DNA from: Macrostomum lignano
Taxonomy: Eukaryota
Reading direction: 5' to 3'
DNA: 64,000 bases
NCBI GenBank assembly: GCA_002269645.1
Contig: NIVC01000778.1
Span: 248,001-312,000, forward strand
In this document: piece after piece, positions 23,097 to 36,020 of the stretch
Numbering within the stretch: the stretch's first letter is position 1
Layout: every line of letters begins with the position of its first letter
Program-made: the position numbers and the translations under genes
The notes under the pieces: generated by a model
Told to the model about the DNA's origin: nothing
Seen by the model: the letters and a program-made list of their open reading frames with translations, nothing else
Database searches by the model: none

Positions 23097-26000
23097 GTGC
23101 ATCGAGAGGTTTCGGAGGTTTTGAGGTTTTTCAGAGGTTTCATTTCGAACAAATATTTTTGCACAAAATTTTTAATACCGTACAAAAATTGAAATCTTAC
23201 TGAAATTTACTAATGAATACAAATTTTCTTTAGAAAATAGCTCGGAGGTTTTGGATTCTTTTTAATTTTGCTTCTGATAGGCACGCGCGGAAATTATTTA
23301 ACTGTTTTTATGCGAAGTGGTACTAGGGTCCTTCTGACACATTTTATGCCATGCCATTTTCATTGCTTCCTTTTCATTTCACAAGCGCAAAGTTGCGAAT
23401 AGTCACAAGTGTGTGTTGTTCTATTTCAATGCATATTCGTAACTATCCTAATTTCTACTTGACCTGTCCATGTAATTAAAAACAGACACTATTTACCAAT
23501 ACGAATTTCAGATTGTTTTTGACTTGGTCAAAAAAGCTATCAATTTTTAAGCGAGACTAACTAAATTAAGACTAACAAGACCAAGTCAGTATTTTTTTCA
23601 TCAAGTCAGTATCAGTCGCTATTTAATATAGATCGTTAGTCTAACTAACTAAAGGCCCTAAGTATTTTACTAGGCATCTATAATGTAAAATATAATTATT
23701 TTTTCACTTATTTGATATTCTTTTTTATTTTACATCCATTAAATACTAAAACTTTTATTTTTCTATTTTCTATTATTTACTATTTTTACATCATCATCCT
23801 AAATCCTAACACACAATGCACATAAGATAAAAATTTATTACCTAAGCCAAGCCTCTAATACTAGTGAATAATTCTCTTCACAAAGCTTTAAAAATGGCAA
23901 ATTTTTATTTTACTGCTTTACCTCTACCTATAAAATTGAAAGCTCTAATGATCTGAAATTTTTATACTTTTAATTTTAAATAGGTCTATAATTTGTTAAT
24001 AGCTTTATATTCAGTCATAATTTAAGCTGATATAGTCGAGTACAATTTCTATTCCCTGAAGATGACTGCTTGTGTCGAAACGCGTTGGCTATTATAATAA
24101 TTTATTATATGTTGGTGTTGGCCTTCATTTCTCTATTATTTTTTAAACGAGCATCGCTACCAGCCAATTTCTATTACTCTTTTACATTAGTAACTTGCTT
24201 TAGTTTTTGTCTTTTTATGCAAATATTCAAAGTAAATAGTAGCTTGTACTTATGTATGCCTAGTCATCACATTTTTATTCAATTTTTAATTTACTTTATA
24301 AGTAAATTGTTTTAATATTAAACAAATATACTCTCTTATCATCCACAGTAGTTATCATGCCAATGAAATGCATGGTGCCAACCATGTTGGGGAGAAGGCT
24401 CTAAATCTTTAGATTTTCTTATGATGTTAAGTACTTACACTAGACCCATATACTAAAATAATATCATTAGTCTAAAATCTTCTAGTCTAAAGTCTAAAAT
24501 CTAATATCTTAGTCTAAAATAAGACTAACATTGTATTTCTCAATCATGCCATCTTTCCAGAACCCATCAAACTATGGAAATTTGTACAAAGCAATGGCCT
24601 ACTAAAATACCATTGCTCATGATGATATGCTTCTAGAAGTCGCAGCGCAGTTGGCACGATATGCTTTTGGCACGGCTCGACTTCAGCGTTTTTGCTCATC
24701 ATTGCATCACTCGAGTCCCATTGTCGCATTTTTGGGCTTCCAGCATAAAAAATCAACTGTTTCGATAGTCTCAATTGGAGGCCATGAAAGGCAATGTCAG
24801 ACATGCTGGTGCCAATCTTGGAGAGGAATTTGCAGCCCACCTGATTGCCCTGTGGGAATTGTGCCAAGGGAACTCACACCAATCATTTTTGTCCAGCAGC
24901 AGCAGCCGAGTGTTACTGATCCAAATGGAACTCACTACAACTGACATAATGCGACTGCCCGATTGCACTTTGCTGGCAGTAGCGGAAACCACGCACTGGA
25001 GAAGCATCGCATATGTTCCTCACCCTACAATATTGAGGTCTCGATCACGTCGGTGGTCTTGACGATGTAGGATACAGGCTCAGAATGCAGGCAGGAGACC
25101 AGGCAAGCGGTAGTTCAGGCATGGTATTGGCAGCTGAAACAAAGCATGTTGAAATAAAAGGTATTGATTACTTTCATCTATAACTTTTTATAAACAATCA
25201 ATTTTAAAAGTCAATATGATTTGACATAATGATTTTCCTATACATTTATTCTTGCAATCTTTAAAGATGCCAATACATTTATATTGAAGAAATTATATTA
25301 TTTTAAAATAAACAATGCCAAAAATGTGTCCAATGACTTTTTAGTTTTAACTCTAGTAAATATATTGGTATCAGCTATCTAGTTTATTGCTCAACATAGA
25401 TTTTTAGCATCAAACAAAGGTGGTGCAATACATGTGCAAAGTCTTACTGTAAGCATTTTGTTTGTATAAGAACTAACTTAAACGTGTTAGAGCTTTTGTC
25501 AGCAGTAACAGTTGTGCAACTAGTGTTATTTATGAGATAAAAGCTAATAGCTTTCAGTGATTGAAATTAATTTTATGATTAAAAGTAAAATGTTCGGCTT
25601 TAAGTAATTAAAAGTAAAATGCATACTTGTAATTCCAGGCCCTTAGATATTTATAAGAAAACATTGAGACAACAATAATTCTGCTATTTACTTCTGTGAG
25701 GCAGTATGTCTTAACATAACATAATATCACATCAATGTCATAACATAATTCGAATGCAAAATGGTATGCAGCAGCAGCAGCACTCAAATGTAAAAACGGG
25801 AAACGGATGAAACAGCTGTCTATATGTTTTCAGTATATTTCAAGCAGCGCCTTCAAGTCGAATATTTTTTATTTTATTTATGCACCTTGAATGTAAATGC
25901 CAATGGCAACGATGACATTACCAGTGTATTGTGTTGCGTAGTGTTTAAAAAACCACTTTCAAGCATGAAAATAGTTGCCTAAGTTAAATAATTTCCGCGC

Positions 26001-26195
26001 GTGCCTATTAAAAGCAAAACTAAAAAGAATCCAAAACCTCCAAGCTATTTTCTAAAGAAAATTTGTATTCATTAGTTAATTTCAGTAAGATTTCAATTTT
26101 TTTTACAGTATTAATTTTTTGTGCAAAAATATTTGTTCGAAATGAAACCTCTGAAAAACCTCAAAACCTCCGAAACCTCTCGATGAGAATCACCC
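23095..26195. mobile_element. About 3.1-kb non-autonomous TIR element with imperfect TIRs of about 200 bp
   Basis: 23101-23302 (ATCGAGAGGTTTCGGAGG...AATTATTTAAC) is the reverse complement of 25983-26184; the right end extends to GAGAATCACCC (26195) while the left reads GGGTG-CATCG (5-bp deletion). No transposase or TSD recognised. Confidence 0.8.
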
Positions 26196-26930
26196 TTTTC
26201 CTTTCGATGAAGCTTCGTCTTCGTCCTTCTTCGGCTTTTGTCGCTAAGAAAGATAATAAGCCTTATTTTTCGTATTATTTAGACTAAAAGAAACTTAAAG
26301 ATGTCGTACTTTAAGACTAATAAATTCTAGGTCTAGCACTTTTTTCTTTACAACTGAACTGAACTATGTGGGCATGGGCCTACTATACTCTATTAGTTCA
26401 GCCCATTCTAATCTAATCTAAGTCTAGCTATTATATGGTTTGGTAACTAGGGTCTAGGGACACACTGCTAGACTGGCATGGGGTTAACCTAAGTCACCTA
26501 AAATTTAAAAGTTAATTTAAATAGGCCTAGTTTCTGTCATTTTAAGATGTTTTGAACATATAAAGTATTATCAATGTTTTTAACAATAAATAAGATGCAA
26601 AATATAATACTTTGTCTAAACCTTAATATAAAATATCAGTATACAATGCAGCAGTTATAAATTAAAGGGGCTATATATTATAGGCTTATATATTAAGAAT
26701 CACTTGTTTTGTTGAAAACATAGGCCCTTGCCTTGGCTTTGTTTTGTAATATTCAATTAGAAGATTAGGCATAGAAATTAAAAATAAAAACATTATTGTA
26801 GCTTTCTATGTCTTTATAGGGCCTATACCATATTCAAGAAGTGGTCATGTAAGCTTAAGACAATTGATCAATTATTTAATAAATAGCTGAAGCACTAATG
26901 CCAATGGAATATTATTATTATCATTATTAT

Positions 26931-27519
26931 TAGGGGTCAGACGGGATCAAAATTCTCGGGATTGGTTGGGATTGGGATTGAAAAAAAAATTGGGATCAGG
27001 ATCAGGAATTGGGATTTGGGATAGGGGCAAATGAACTCCATACAAAGGATTAGGATTATTTTAGGATTTATTAGAGATGTCCCAAAAAAGCAGTTTCCTT
27101 GAAATCAAAATTTGTTAATTTCCAAACTCAAAATTGAAATTTTCCGAAATCAAAATGCAGAAAAACAAAGTTTAGTATGACTAATACTCACTTTTTAAAT
27201 TCGATTTACTGCTTATGCAAAATGAAATACATGTATATATAGCAGAAATTAGTTTATATTTAGCAATTTTTTAGACGCTTCCAAATTTTGACTTCTAATT
27301 TTATTCGGCAAGGGGCTTGAATGATAGTTTAAACAATTTGTTTCACTTAAATATCTCTAGTAAAATGACTATGGCAAATACTTCTACTCTGCAGAAAAAA
27401 AACAAAAATGACATTAGCCTATCCCGATTCCCGAAATTAAAGTTGTCGGGATTGAGATCCCGATTTTTTTTGGGATCCTGAGTTTTCGGGATCGGGAATG
27501 GGATCCCATCCGACCCCTA
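26931..27519. mobile_element. hAT-type MITE (589 bp) with an 8-bp TSD
   Basis: TIR TAGGGGTCAGACGGGATC / GATCCCATCCGACCCCTA; ATTATTAT on both flanks (26923-26930, 27520-27527), although the flanks are an ATT microsatellite; subterminal GGGAT repeats. Confidence 0.85.
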
Positions 27520-28132
27520 ATTATTATTATTAAATAGGATAAAGTTCAGCAAAGAATAATTATTAGCAATAAGCAATATTAATTAGGAGATAGGAGATTA
27601 ATTGGGAGAGAAGCCGGTCATGTTAGGAAATTGGGCTTACAAAACTTAGAGTCTAGGAAAGGGATATTCCACTAAGTCTAGTAGGAAAGAGGATATAGGC
27701 TCTTAAATACTACTCTCATGAGCCACCAAGAGGAAAGGGGTTACCCTGGTTGGGAGAAAAGGTTACAAATAATAGAAAAGAATAAGTATACTAGGTAGTG
27801 ATGATTAACACTGGAAATACCCTATTCAAAATAACAACACAAAGTAAAATTCTATGGATAGGCTCCTAAAGGTACATTAGAAGGAAAAGATTGCTATATA
27901 AAGGATGATATCAGTGAAGTAATGCAATTCACTAGGTGTCCAAATTCACATAAAGGAAAATATATGATACAATCAATGGGAGCAGTGGGAGGCCTCACCT
28001 ACTACACCTACTACATGCTGCAGAGGAACAAACTTCTATATAATGCATCAAAATGGTGGGCTGGGTGTCTATGCTTGGCTAGGGATGGCGCCAAGTTGTT
28101 GAATATTGAAACTGTGGCCAAGACTAACTTTT

Positions 28133-28999
28133 CTAGGCTGCTTCTCTGGGCCCTAGGTAGAGGGCATCAGTGGTTAAGTGTCTGTTAAGTTGGGCCAGAC
28201 TGAGTAGGCAGGACCAATCTAGCTGCTGGAGCTCAGCTGGGCATCTGTGCCTGAGCAGGCCAACCTCCCAATACACCAAGTAGACAGGGTTTTTTGGGCC
28301 ATATGGGGTTTTTTGGCCCCTTGGAAAATCTCATTGGCAACTGAATTTTTGGCATCAGAGGCCAATCTGGCAACTTTATTTTCCCTGTGCCAGTTGCCAA
28401 TTTCAAAAAATGATTTTGTAAATATAACAAAAAGTTCCATATGAATCAATATGTTGGAATTGTTAGTTTGTTATTGTTTGCAGAATAGATAGCAATCTTA
28501 GAGTTGAGAGAACAAATTTCTGCTTTTCAACTTTCAAACATAACGTTGGAAGTATCCATCCTCGAGAATTTGGCTAGTTGCCAATGGACAACCAAAAATA
28601 GCCATTGGCAACTGGATTTTAAGCCCCAAGGGCCAGCTGGCAACAGGATTTCCAACCTTAAAAAACCAGCAAGTAGAGGAGGGTGGCAAGTGCCAGCCGA
28701 GGGCCACCCAGTTGCTGCTGGCGTTGCAGGGCCTCTTGGCAGGCCTCCTGGGCAAGGCGGGCAGCAACTGGGTGGGGTAGAATTCTGGCCAACCAATGCC
28801 AGTCACCTTCCACATTACAGCAATGGCAATAGGTTGCGTCTTTGATGGCGGTAGCAAGGGCCCGTTGGAACTGCACCTTGGCTGCAGAGCTGGGCTGCGA
28901 GGCATGGACCCAGTTTACCACCAGCGCCCACTTGCTTTGGGCAGTTCGCCTGTGGGGCTTGGTAGCTCTGGAGCCAGTGGTTCTGGGGGAGGCTATCCA
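28133..28999 (-). pseudogene. Unknown reading frame (about 157 codons after removing the hAT insertion), probably a disrupted gene
   Basis: The frame ...WVHASQPSSAAKVQFQRALATAIKDATYCHCCNVEG...RLALATLLYL continues VYWEVGLLRHRCPAELQQLDWSCLLSLAQLNRHLTTDALYLGPREAA* once 28285-28669 and one TSD are removed; no in-frame ATG found. Confidence 0.4.
28285..28669. mobile_element. hAT-type non-autonomous element (385 bp) with perfect 8-bp TSD CAAGTAGA
   Basis: TSD at 28277-28284 and 28670-28677; ends CAGGGTTTTTT / AAAAAACCAG; internal TGGCAAC and GTTGCCA repeats. Confidence 0.85.
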
Positions 29000-29187
29000 T
29001 CATACGAATAGCCTAGGCGTCAGCGTCTCCCTAGTTAGCCGGCTGGCTGGTCAGCCCTAACATAGAGAAGAGGTCCTCGTAGTCCTCGGACATAGTGGGT
29101 CGTCGCAGGAGCTTGAGCTGGCTTAAAGTATCGAGTGCAATAGTTCAGTGAGATAGGATTCGGACCCTTTCCAGGCGGTGGGGCTGG

Positions 29188-29197
29188 CCTTTTATAC
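29188..29197 (-). promoter_or_regulatory. Candidate TATA box (TATAAAAGGC) upstream of the 28.1-29.0 kb disrupted frame
   Basis: Same TATAAAAGGC 10-mer as at about 17110, followed by GC-rich transcribed-looking sequence. Confidence 0.3.
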
Positions 29198-29799
29198 TCG
29201 GCTGAGCCCACTCAGTGGAAAACAGATTTCCCACCAAGTGTAAAGAATTTTACACTGAGTGGAATTAAGATAAACTAGAGAAGTTGTAATTTACTTTCTG
29301 CCAAAATTGTCCGCCGTATCTTTGCGTGCCTACCACTGGACAATAAAGTCGTCTGTGGCCTTTGCTTTGTTGAGGCACCTGCTGGGACATGAACTTTCAC
29401 TACGAAATCACTATACAGGTGCGCTGCACGAACGATGAATGAAAATGAAGCACTGCTGAGGGCTGAGGCAGCACGAAATGTCATAATTTTTTGGCTCAGT
29501 TGTCAAGTCGGACTGCCTGCTCATAGCAACACAGACACTGAGTGTATTCTGGATTTGGATGACAAATATTGCGTACAAAATCTGTCTACAATTTTGGTGC
29601 TATGCTTGCACTGCAAATTTGCAAATAAGCTAGTGACATTGAGAAACAAGCTCAGTAGGACTAGCCTGCAATTATATTTAGTATCACTAGAGAAGTGTAA
29701 AATTTTGTCGGCTTTCAGCGAGCCCAAAGACGAGCGGCCAAAACTGGCGGAGTTGTCGGTGGTGGTGGTGGTGGCGGCCCGCTGTCCCGCCTGCTGGCC

Positions 29800-30985
29800 A
29801 TGACCGCCCGCCTTCGCCAACCGGTCGGCCGGCTGGCCCGCCTCTACGCCCTGGCCTGCGTTGCCGGTCCGGCGCTGTTCACCCTGTCCGGCCACCGGTC
29901 CGCCCAGCGCCAGCTAGCGGACGCCGAGGCCGACTGGAAAGCCTCAGCTAGCCGACTCAGCGAGCCGACGCCTGCCCAGGCTGCCGCAGCCGACTTCCTC
30001 AGCAGACTGTACCGCTCCGGCGAAGACTTCGAGAGGGCGCTAGCCAACGGCGATTTTGTTGACAGAGTCAGCAAAGATGCCAGCTATGACGATCCGACTA
30101 AACAGCTGATCGGTCGCTGCAACTGGGAGAGATATCTGTGGCATGTGTTCTACTTTCAGGTTCGCGCCATTGTTCATGATCAGAGGCCACAGTTCACGCT
30201 GCCACCCTCCCAGATCCACAGTTCATACTGCCACCCTCCCAGATCCACAGTTCATGCTGCCACCTCCCAGATCCACAGTTCATGCAGCCACCTCCCAGAT
30301 CCCCAGTTTCATGCTGCCACCCTCCCAGATCCACAGTTCATGCTGCCACCCTCCCAGATCCACAGTTCATGCTGCCACCTCCCAGATCCCCAGTTCATGC
30401 AGCCACCTCCCAGATCCACAGTTCATGCAGCCACCCTCCCAGATCCACAGTTCATGCAGCCACCTCCCAGATCCCCAGTTCATGCTGCCACCTCCCAGAT
30501 CCACAGTTTCATGCTGCCACCCTCCCAGATCCACAGTTCATGCAGCCACCTCCCAGATCCCCAGTTCATGCAGCCACCTCCCAGATCCCCAGTTTCATGC
30601 TGCCACCCTCCCAGATCCTCAGTTCATGCAGCCCGGCACTGTACATGCGTTTCTCCTCACTCCATTTGACCCACAGGGCGTCTGGAATAACGATGGCAAC
30701 CGCGGCAGCCGCGTGCTGGCGATGAGCCCGGACCGGCTCTGCCTGGTGCTGGACGGCCCGGTGGACAGCCGCCTGCCAGCCCTGGACGGCATCACCCTGC
30801 AGGTTCGGCTGGACTCTGACGGTAGAATTAATCAGCTGACTATGCAACCATTTGGCTGGCACGTGCTGACTAAGATAGACTATCCGGCTGCCGCGTACTA
30901 TGGACTGCTAGTGCCTGTTCTGCGGTCTATTATCACTTTCTGGTCTATTATAGGGCCCGAGCTTCTCAGCTCCTTGGTGCGGTAG
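29800..30985 (+). CDS. NTF2/SnoaL-like fold protein, paralogue A (222 aa, 2 exons), with hydrophobic N- and C-terminal segments
   Basis: Exons 29800-30159 and 30677-30985, phase-0 GT-AG intron. Motifs VSKDASYDDPTKQLIGRCNWERYL and VRLDSDGRINQL resemble the SnoaL/DUF2358 pattern (Y/F-x-D-P...G...; DGRI). The frame is open upstream to an acceptor at 29717-29718, so the start is uncertain. Confidence 0.7.
30185..30635. repeat. Minisatellite of about 28-32 bp (CCACCTCCCAGATCCACAGTTCATGCAG) in the intron of paralogue A
   Basis: Tandem copies; explains the overlapping Pro-rich ORFs. Confidence 0.95.
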
Positions 30986-31119
30986 AGAAATCTGCCAGCT
31001 CTTTGTATTTTAGTTTAGCTTTTGATTGGCTCGCTTTGATCTCTGCAGACTTAGCTGCTTGGGCGGGTGTTGGTGCTGGTTGTCTAAGTTTGGGTTGCCT
31101 TCACCCTGTCACCTTATTC

Positions 31120-31910
31120 AGTGGGCTCCGCCTATTTCCATGTTAATCCCGTCAGTGGGTTCCGCCTATTTCCATGTTAATCCCGTCAGTGGGTTCCGCT
31201 TATTTCCAAGTTAATCCCGTCAGTGGGTTCCGTTTATTTCCATGTTAATCCCGTCAGTAGGTTCCGCTTATTTCCAAGTTAATCCCGTCAGTAGGTTCCG
31301 CTTATTTCCAAGTTAATCCCGTCAGTGGGTTCCGCTTATTTCCAAGTTAATCCCGTCAGTGGGTTCCGCTTATTTCCATGTTAATCCCGTCAGTGGATTC
31401 CGCTTATTTCCAAGTTAATCCCGTCAGTGGGTTCCGTTTATTTCCATGTTAATCCCGTCAGTAGGTTCCGCTTATTTCCAAGTTAATCCCGTCAGTAGGT
31501 TCCGCTTATTTCCAAGTTAATCCCGTCAGTGGGTTCCGCTTATTTCCAAGTTAATCCCGTCAGTAGGTTCCGCTTATTTCCAAGTTAATCCCGTCAGTGG
31601 GTTCCGCTTATTTCCATGTTAATCCCGTCAGTGGATTCCGCTTATTTCCAAGTTAATCCCGTCAGTGGGTTCCGTTTATTTCCATGTTAATGCCGTCAGT
31701 AGGTTCCGCTTATTTCCAAGTTAATCCCGTCAGTAGGTTCCGCTTATTTCCAAGTTAATCCCGTCAGTAGGTTCCGCTTATTTCCAAGTTAATCCCGTCA
31801 GTAGGTTCCGCTTATTTCCAAGTTAATCCCGTCAGTAGGTTCCGCTTATTTCCAAGTTAATCCCGTCAGTAGGTTCCGCTTATTTCCAAGTTAATCCCGT
31901 CAGTGGATTC
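31120..31910. repeat. 34-bp minisatellite (GTTAATCCCGTCAGTRGGTTCCGCTTATTTCCAA), about 23 copies
   Basis: Head-to-tail copies without spacers, between the two NTF2-like genes. Confidence 0.97.
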
Positions 31911-32374
31911 GCCAAAATCCTGTCAGACCGTCATAAGCCGAAAGCCGAACAATAGCTATGGTTGATTTATCTTAATTGAGTTGAGATCTAATTGAGAATA
32001 ACTGTTTACAAAATGATAAAAAAAACTGATTCATCGTGCATTTCTTGTACCTTCCGTGTTCGATGCTAGATAGGCTAGTTTCTTTAAAATTTTTGTTATC
32101 TGTACATGCGCCCTACTTTTTTGGTCAAGAATAAATATTTCAGCTTCATATTCATTTAGTAGCATGACATGTTTCATGACTTAGTTTGATTTTGTTTCAC
32201 ATGATTCACCGTGCATTTTATAGTCGAGAGCCTGTGCTTGCTCATGGGGCCAGCGGGTGCCCAGAGCCGCTCTCTAATGCAAAACTCAAATCTAAAGATT
32301 AACAATCGTTTTTATTCTGGCAAATTTTTATTCTTGTTTGCCTTTCAGCATATCCTGCTCAGACTGTCAGACTC

Positions 32375-34903
32375 ATGTCGCATTTCCGCAGTCTGCTTTT
32401 TATAACGCCATCTATTTTTGGCGCGTATATCGGCACCGGGTTGACTGTGAACAGCTTGATGTCCATACTGGATAGCAAGTCTTATATAGAGCAGGTCAAC
32501 GCTGTTAAAGAACTGCCTCAGGTGCGTGTGTCTGTTTTATGTCACGATCCTTATCTTACATCATGATCCCTATTCCCCTCCAGTATGATCCCCTATTCCC
32601 CACCATCATGATTCCCTATTCCCCACCATCATGATCCCCTATTCCCCGCCATCATGATCCCCTATTTCCCACCATCATGATCCCCTATTCCCCTCCAGTA
32701 TGATCCCCTATTCCCCACCATCATGATCCCCTATTCCCCACCATCATGATCCCCTATTCCCCACCATCATGATCCCCTATTTCCCACCATCATGATCCCC
32801 TATTCCCCTCCAGTATGATCCCCTATTCCCCACCATCATGATCCCCTATTCCCCGCCATCATGATCCCCTATTCCCCACCATCATGATCCCCTATTCCCC
32901 TCCAGTATGATCCCCTATTCCCCACCATCATGATCCCCTATTCCCCACCATCATGATCTCCTATTCCCCACCATGATGATCCCCTATTCCCCACCATCAT
33001 GATCCCCTATTCCCCACCATCATGATCCCCTATTCCCCACCATTATGATCCCCTATTCCCCACCATCATGATCCCCTATTCCCCACCATCATGATCCCCT
33101 ATTCCCCACCATCATGATGCTTTATTCCCCACCATCATGATCCCCCATTCCCCACCATCATGATCCCCTATTCCCCACCATCATGATCTCCTATTCCCCA
33201 CCATGATGATCCCCTATTCCCCACCATCATGATCCCCTATTCCCCACCATTATGATCCCCTATTCCCCACCATCATGATGCCTTATTCCCCACCATGATG
33301 ATCCCCTATTCCCCACCATGATGATCCCCTATTCCCCACCATCATGATCCCCTATTCCCCACCATCATGATCCCCTATTCCCCACCATCTTGATCCCCTC
33401 TTCCCCACCATGATCCCCTATTCCCCACCATCATGATCCCCTGTTCCCCACCATCATGATCCCCTATTCCTCACCATCATGATCCCCTATTCCCCACCAT
33501 CATGATCCCCTATTCCCCACCATCATGATCCCCTATTCCTCACCATCATGATCCCCTATTCCCCACCATCATGATCCCCTATTCCCCACCATCATGATCC
33601 CCTATTCCCCACCATCATGATGCTTTATTCCCCACCATCATGATCCCCCATTCCCCACCATGATGATCCCCTATTCCCCACCATCATGATCCCCTATTCC
33701 CCACCATTATGATCCCCTATTCCCCACCATCATGATGCCTTATTCCCCACCATGATGATCCCCTATTCCCCACCATGATGATCCCCTATTCCCCACCATC
33801 ATGATGCCTTATTCCCCACCATGATGATCCCCTATTCCCCACCATGATGATCCCCTATTCCCCACCATCATGATCCCCTATTCCCCACCATGATGATCCC
33901 CTATTTCCCACCATCATGATCCCCTATTCCCCACCATCATGATCCCCTATTTCCCACCATCATGATCCCCTATTCCCCACCATGATGATCCCCTATTCCC
34001 CACCATCATGATCCCCTATTCCCCACCATCATGATCCCCTATTCCCCACCATCTTGATCCCCTCTTCCCCACCATGATCCCCTATTCCCCACCATCATGA
34101 TCCCCTATTCCTCACCATCATGATCCACTATTCCCCACCATCATGATCCCTTATTCCCCACCATCATGATCCCCTATTCCCCACCATGATGATCCCCTAT
34201 TTCCCACCATCATGATCCCCTATTCCCCACCATCATGATCCCCTATTCCCCACCATCTTGATCCCCTATTCCCCACCATCATGATCCCCTGTTCCCCACC
34301 ATCATGATCCCCTATTCCTCACCATCATGATCCCCTATTCCCCACCATCATGATCCCCTATTCCCCACCATCATGATCCCCTATTCCTCACCATCATGAT
34401 CCCCTATTCCCCACCATCATGGCTGTCCCCAGCTGGAGCCAACCCAGCCGCAGCTAGTGGCGAAGCGCTACCTGGACCAGTTGTTCACCCTGCCCGAGAT
34501 GCGGCAGTCGGAGCCGGACCCGGCCTGCCTAGCCGAATCCGTCACCTACGAGGAGATCTCAGTCCGGGCCGTCGGTCACAAGCAGGTGAACCGGCTGCTC
34601 CGCTGGGCTAGCAAGTACCACCCCATGGGCCACACTAATCAGCTGGCTGTCTATCCAAGCCCAGACGAAATTGTTGCAGTCTATAATTTTTCCTGGCGGA
34701 AAAGCCTGTTCAGCGATTCTATTGTCCACTGTCCGAGCACTGTCCGAGTCCGTCTGCAGCCGGACGGACGGATTCAGTCGATATTGGTGGACATGTACGG
34801 AGCAGAGTGTATCACTTTGGAACGGCGTCCTGTAATCTATCGACTGCTATCTGTTGGACCTTTGCGCTCTTTCATGTGTCTCATTGCCATGGTGATGCCG
34901 TGA
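32375..34903 (+). CDS. NTF2/SnoaL-like fold protein, paralogue B (205 aa, 2 exons)
   Basis: Exons 32375-32521 and 34433-34903, phase-0 GT-AG intron. Hydrophobic N-terminus (LLFITPSIFGAYIGTGL); LAESVTYEEISVRAVGHKQVNRLL, VRLQPDGRIQSI and YRLL...LRS align with paralogue A. Confidence 0.75.
32545..34420. repeat. 23-bp minisatellite (CATCATGATCCCCTATTCCCCAC), about 80 copies, filling the intron of paralogue B
   Basis: Runs from about 25 nt after the donor to about 12 nt before the acceptor. Confidence 0.98.
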
Positions 34904-35089
34904 GCCATCGATGCGCTCATAAATCATTTCAATCAATGTCTGCTGTTGTTGCACTTGCAGTTTAGATTGCCCCATCAACTGTTTCTTTAGTCTCTGGAAT
35001 TTATGTGACCTCTGATAAGTCAGCAATGATTGCCCCTAGCACCGAATCAAAATTTCTTTTTTCATCCCAAGTCTCATAAGTTACCGAAT

Positions 35090-36020
35090 TAAGAATCGCC
35101 CCTGGCGCTGAATTGGGTGAGAATCGCCCCTAACGCCGAAGTGACTGAGAATCGCCCCCTGACGCTAAAGTGAGTGAGAATCGCCCCTAACGCCGAAGTG
35201 ACAGAATCATCCCTGACACTGAAGTGAGTGAGGAATCACCCCTGACGCTAAAGTGAGTGAGAATCGCCCCTGACGCCGCAGTGAGTGAGAATCGCCCCTG
35301 ACGCCGAAGTGACTGAGAATCACCCCTGACACTGAAGTGAGTGCGAATCGCCCCTGACGCTGAATTGGGTAAGAATCGTCCCTGACGCCGAAGTGACTGA
35401 GAATCACCCCTGACACTGAAGTGAGTGAGAATCGCCCCTGACGCTGAATTGGGTGAGAATCGTCCCTGACGCTGAATTGGGTGAGAATCGCCCCTGTTGC
35501 TAAATTGGGTGAGAATCGCCCCTGGCGCTAATTTGAGTGAGAATCGCTCCTGACGCTGAATTGGGTGAGAATCGCCCCTGACGCCGAAGTGACTGAGAAT
35601 CGCCCCTGACGCTGAATTGGGTGAGAATCGTCCTTGACGCTGAATTGGGTGAGAATCGCCCCTGACGCTAATTTGAGTGAGAATCGCCCCTGACGCTGAA
35701 TTGGGTGAGAATCATCCCTGACACTGAAGTGACTGAGAATCACCCCTGACGCTGAATTTGGTGAGAATCGCCTCTGACGCTAATTTGAGTGAGAATCGCC
35801 CCTGACGCTGAATTAGGTGAGAATCGTCCCTGACGCTTAATTGGGTGAGAATCGCCCCTGACGCTTAATTGGGTGAGAATCGCCCCTGACGCTGAATTGG
35901 GTGAGAATCGCCCCTGTTGCTAAATTGGGTGAGAATCGCCCCTGACACTGAAGTGAGTGAGAATCGCCCCTGACGCTGAATTCGGTGAGAATCGCCCCTG
36001 ACGCCAGAGAGAGAATCGCT
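35090..36020. repeat. 28-bp minisatellite (GAGAATCGCCCCTGACGCTGAATTGGGT)
   Basis: About 33 tandem variant copies; source of one module of the downstream higher-order array. Confidence 0.97.

Noticed and set aside
24544-25062. Overlapping ORFs as the transposase of the 23.1-26.2 kb element
   Set aside because: Short, no DDE or zinc-finger motif recognised, and no phase-consistent splice model found.
29800-30669. 289-aa ORF as the true product of the 29.8-kb gene
   Set aside because: It reads through a GT donor at 30160 into a minisatellite; the spliced 222-aa model aligns with the neighbouring paralogue.
31120-31910. 34-bp repeat array (also the 35-bp array at 62770-63590 and the 28-bp array) as a possible CRISPR
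   Set aside because: Head-to-tail with no unique spacers, no cas genes, and a eukaryotic intron-containing context.
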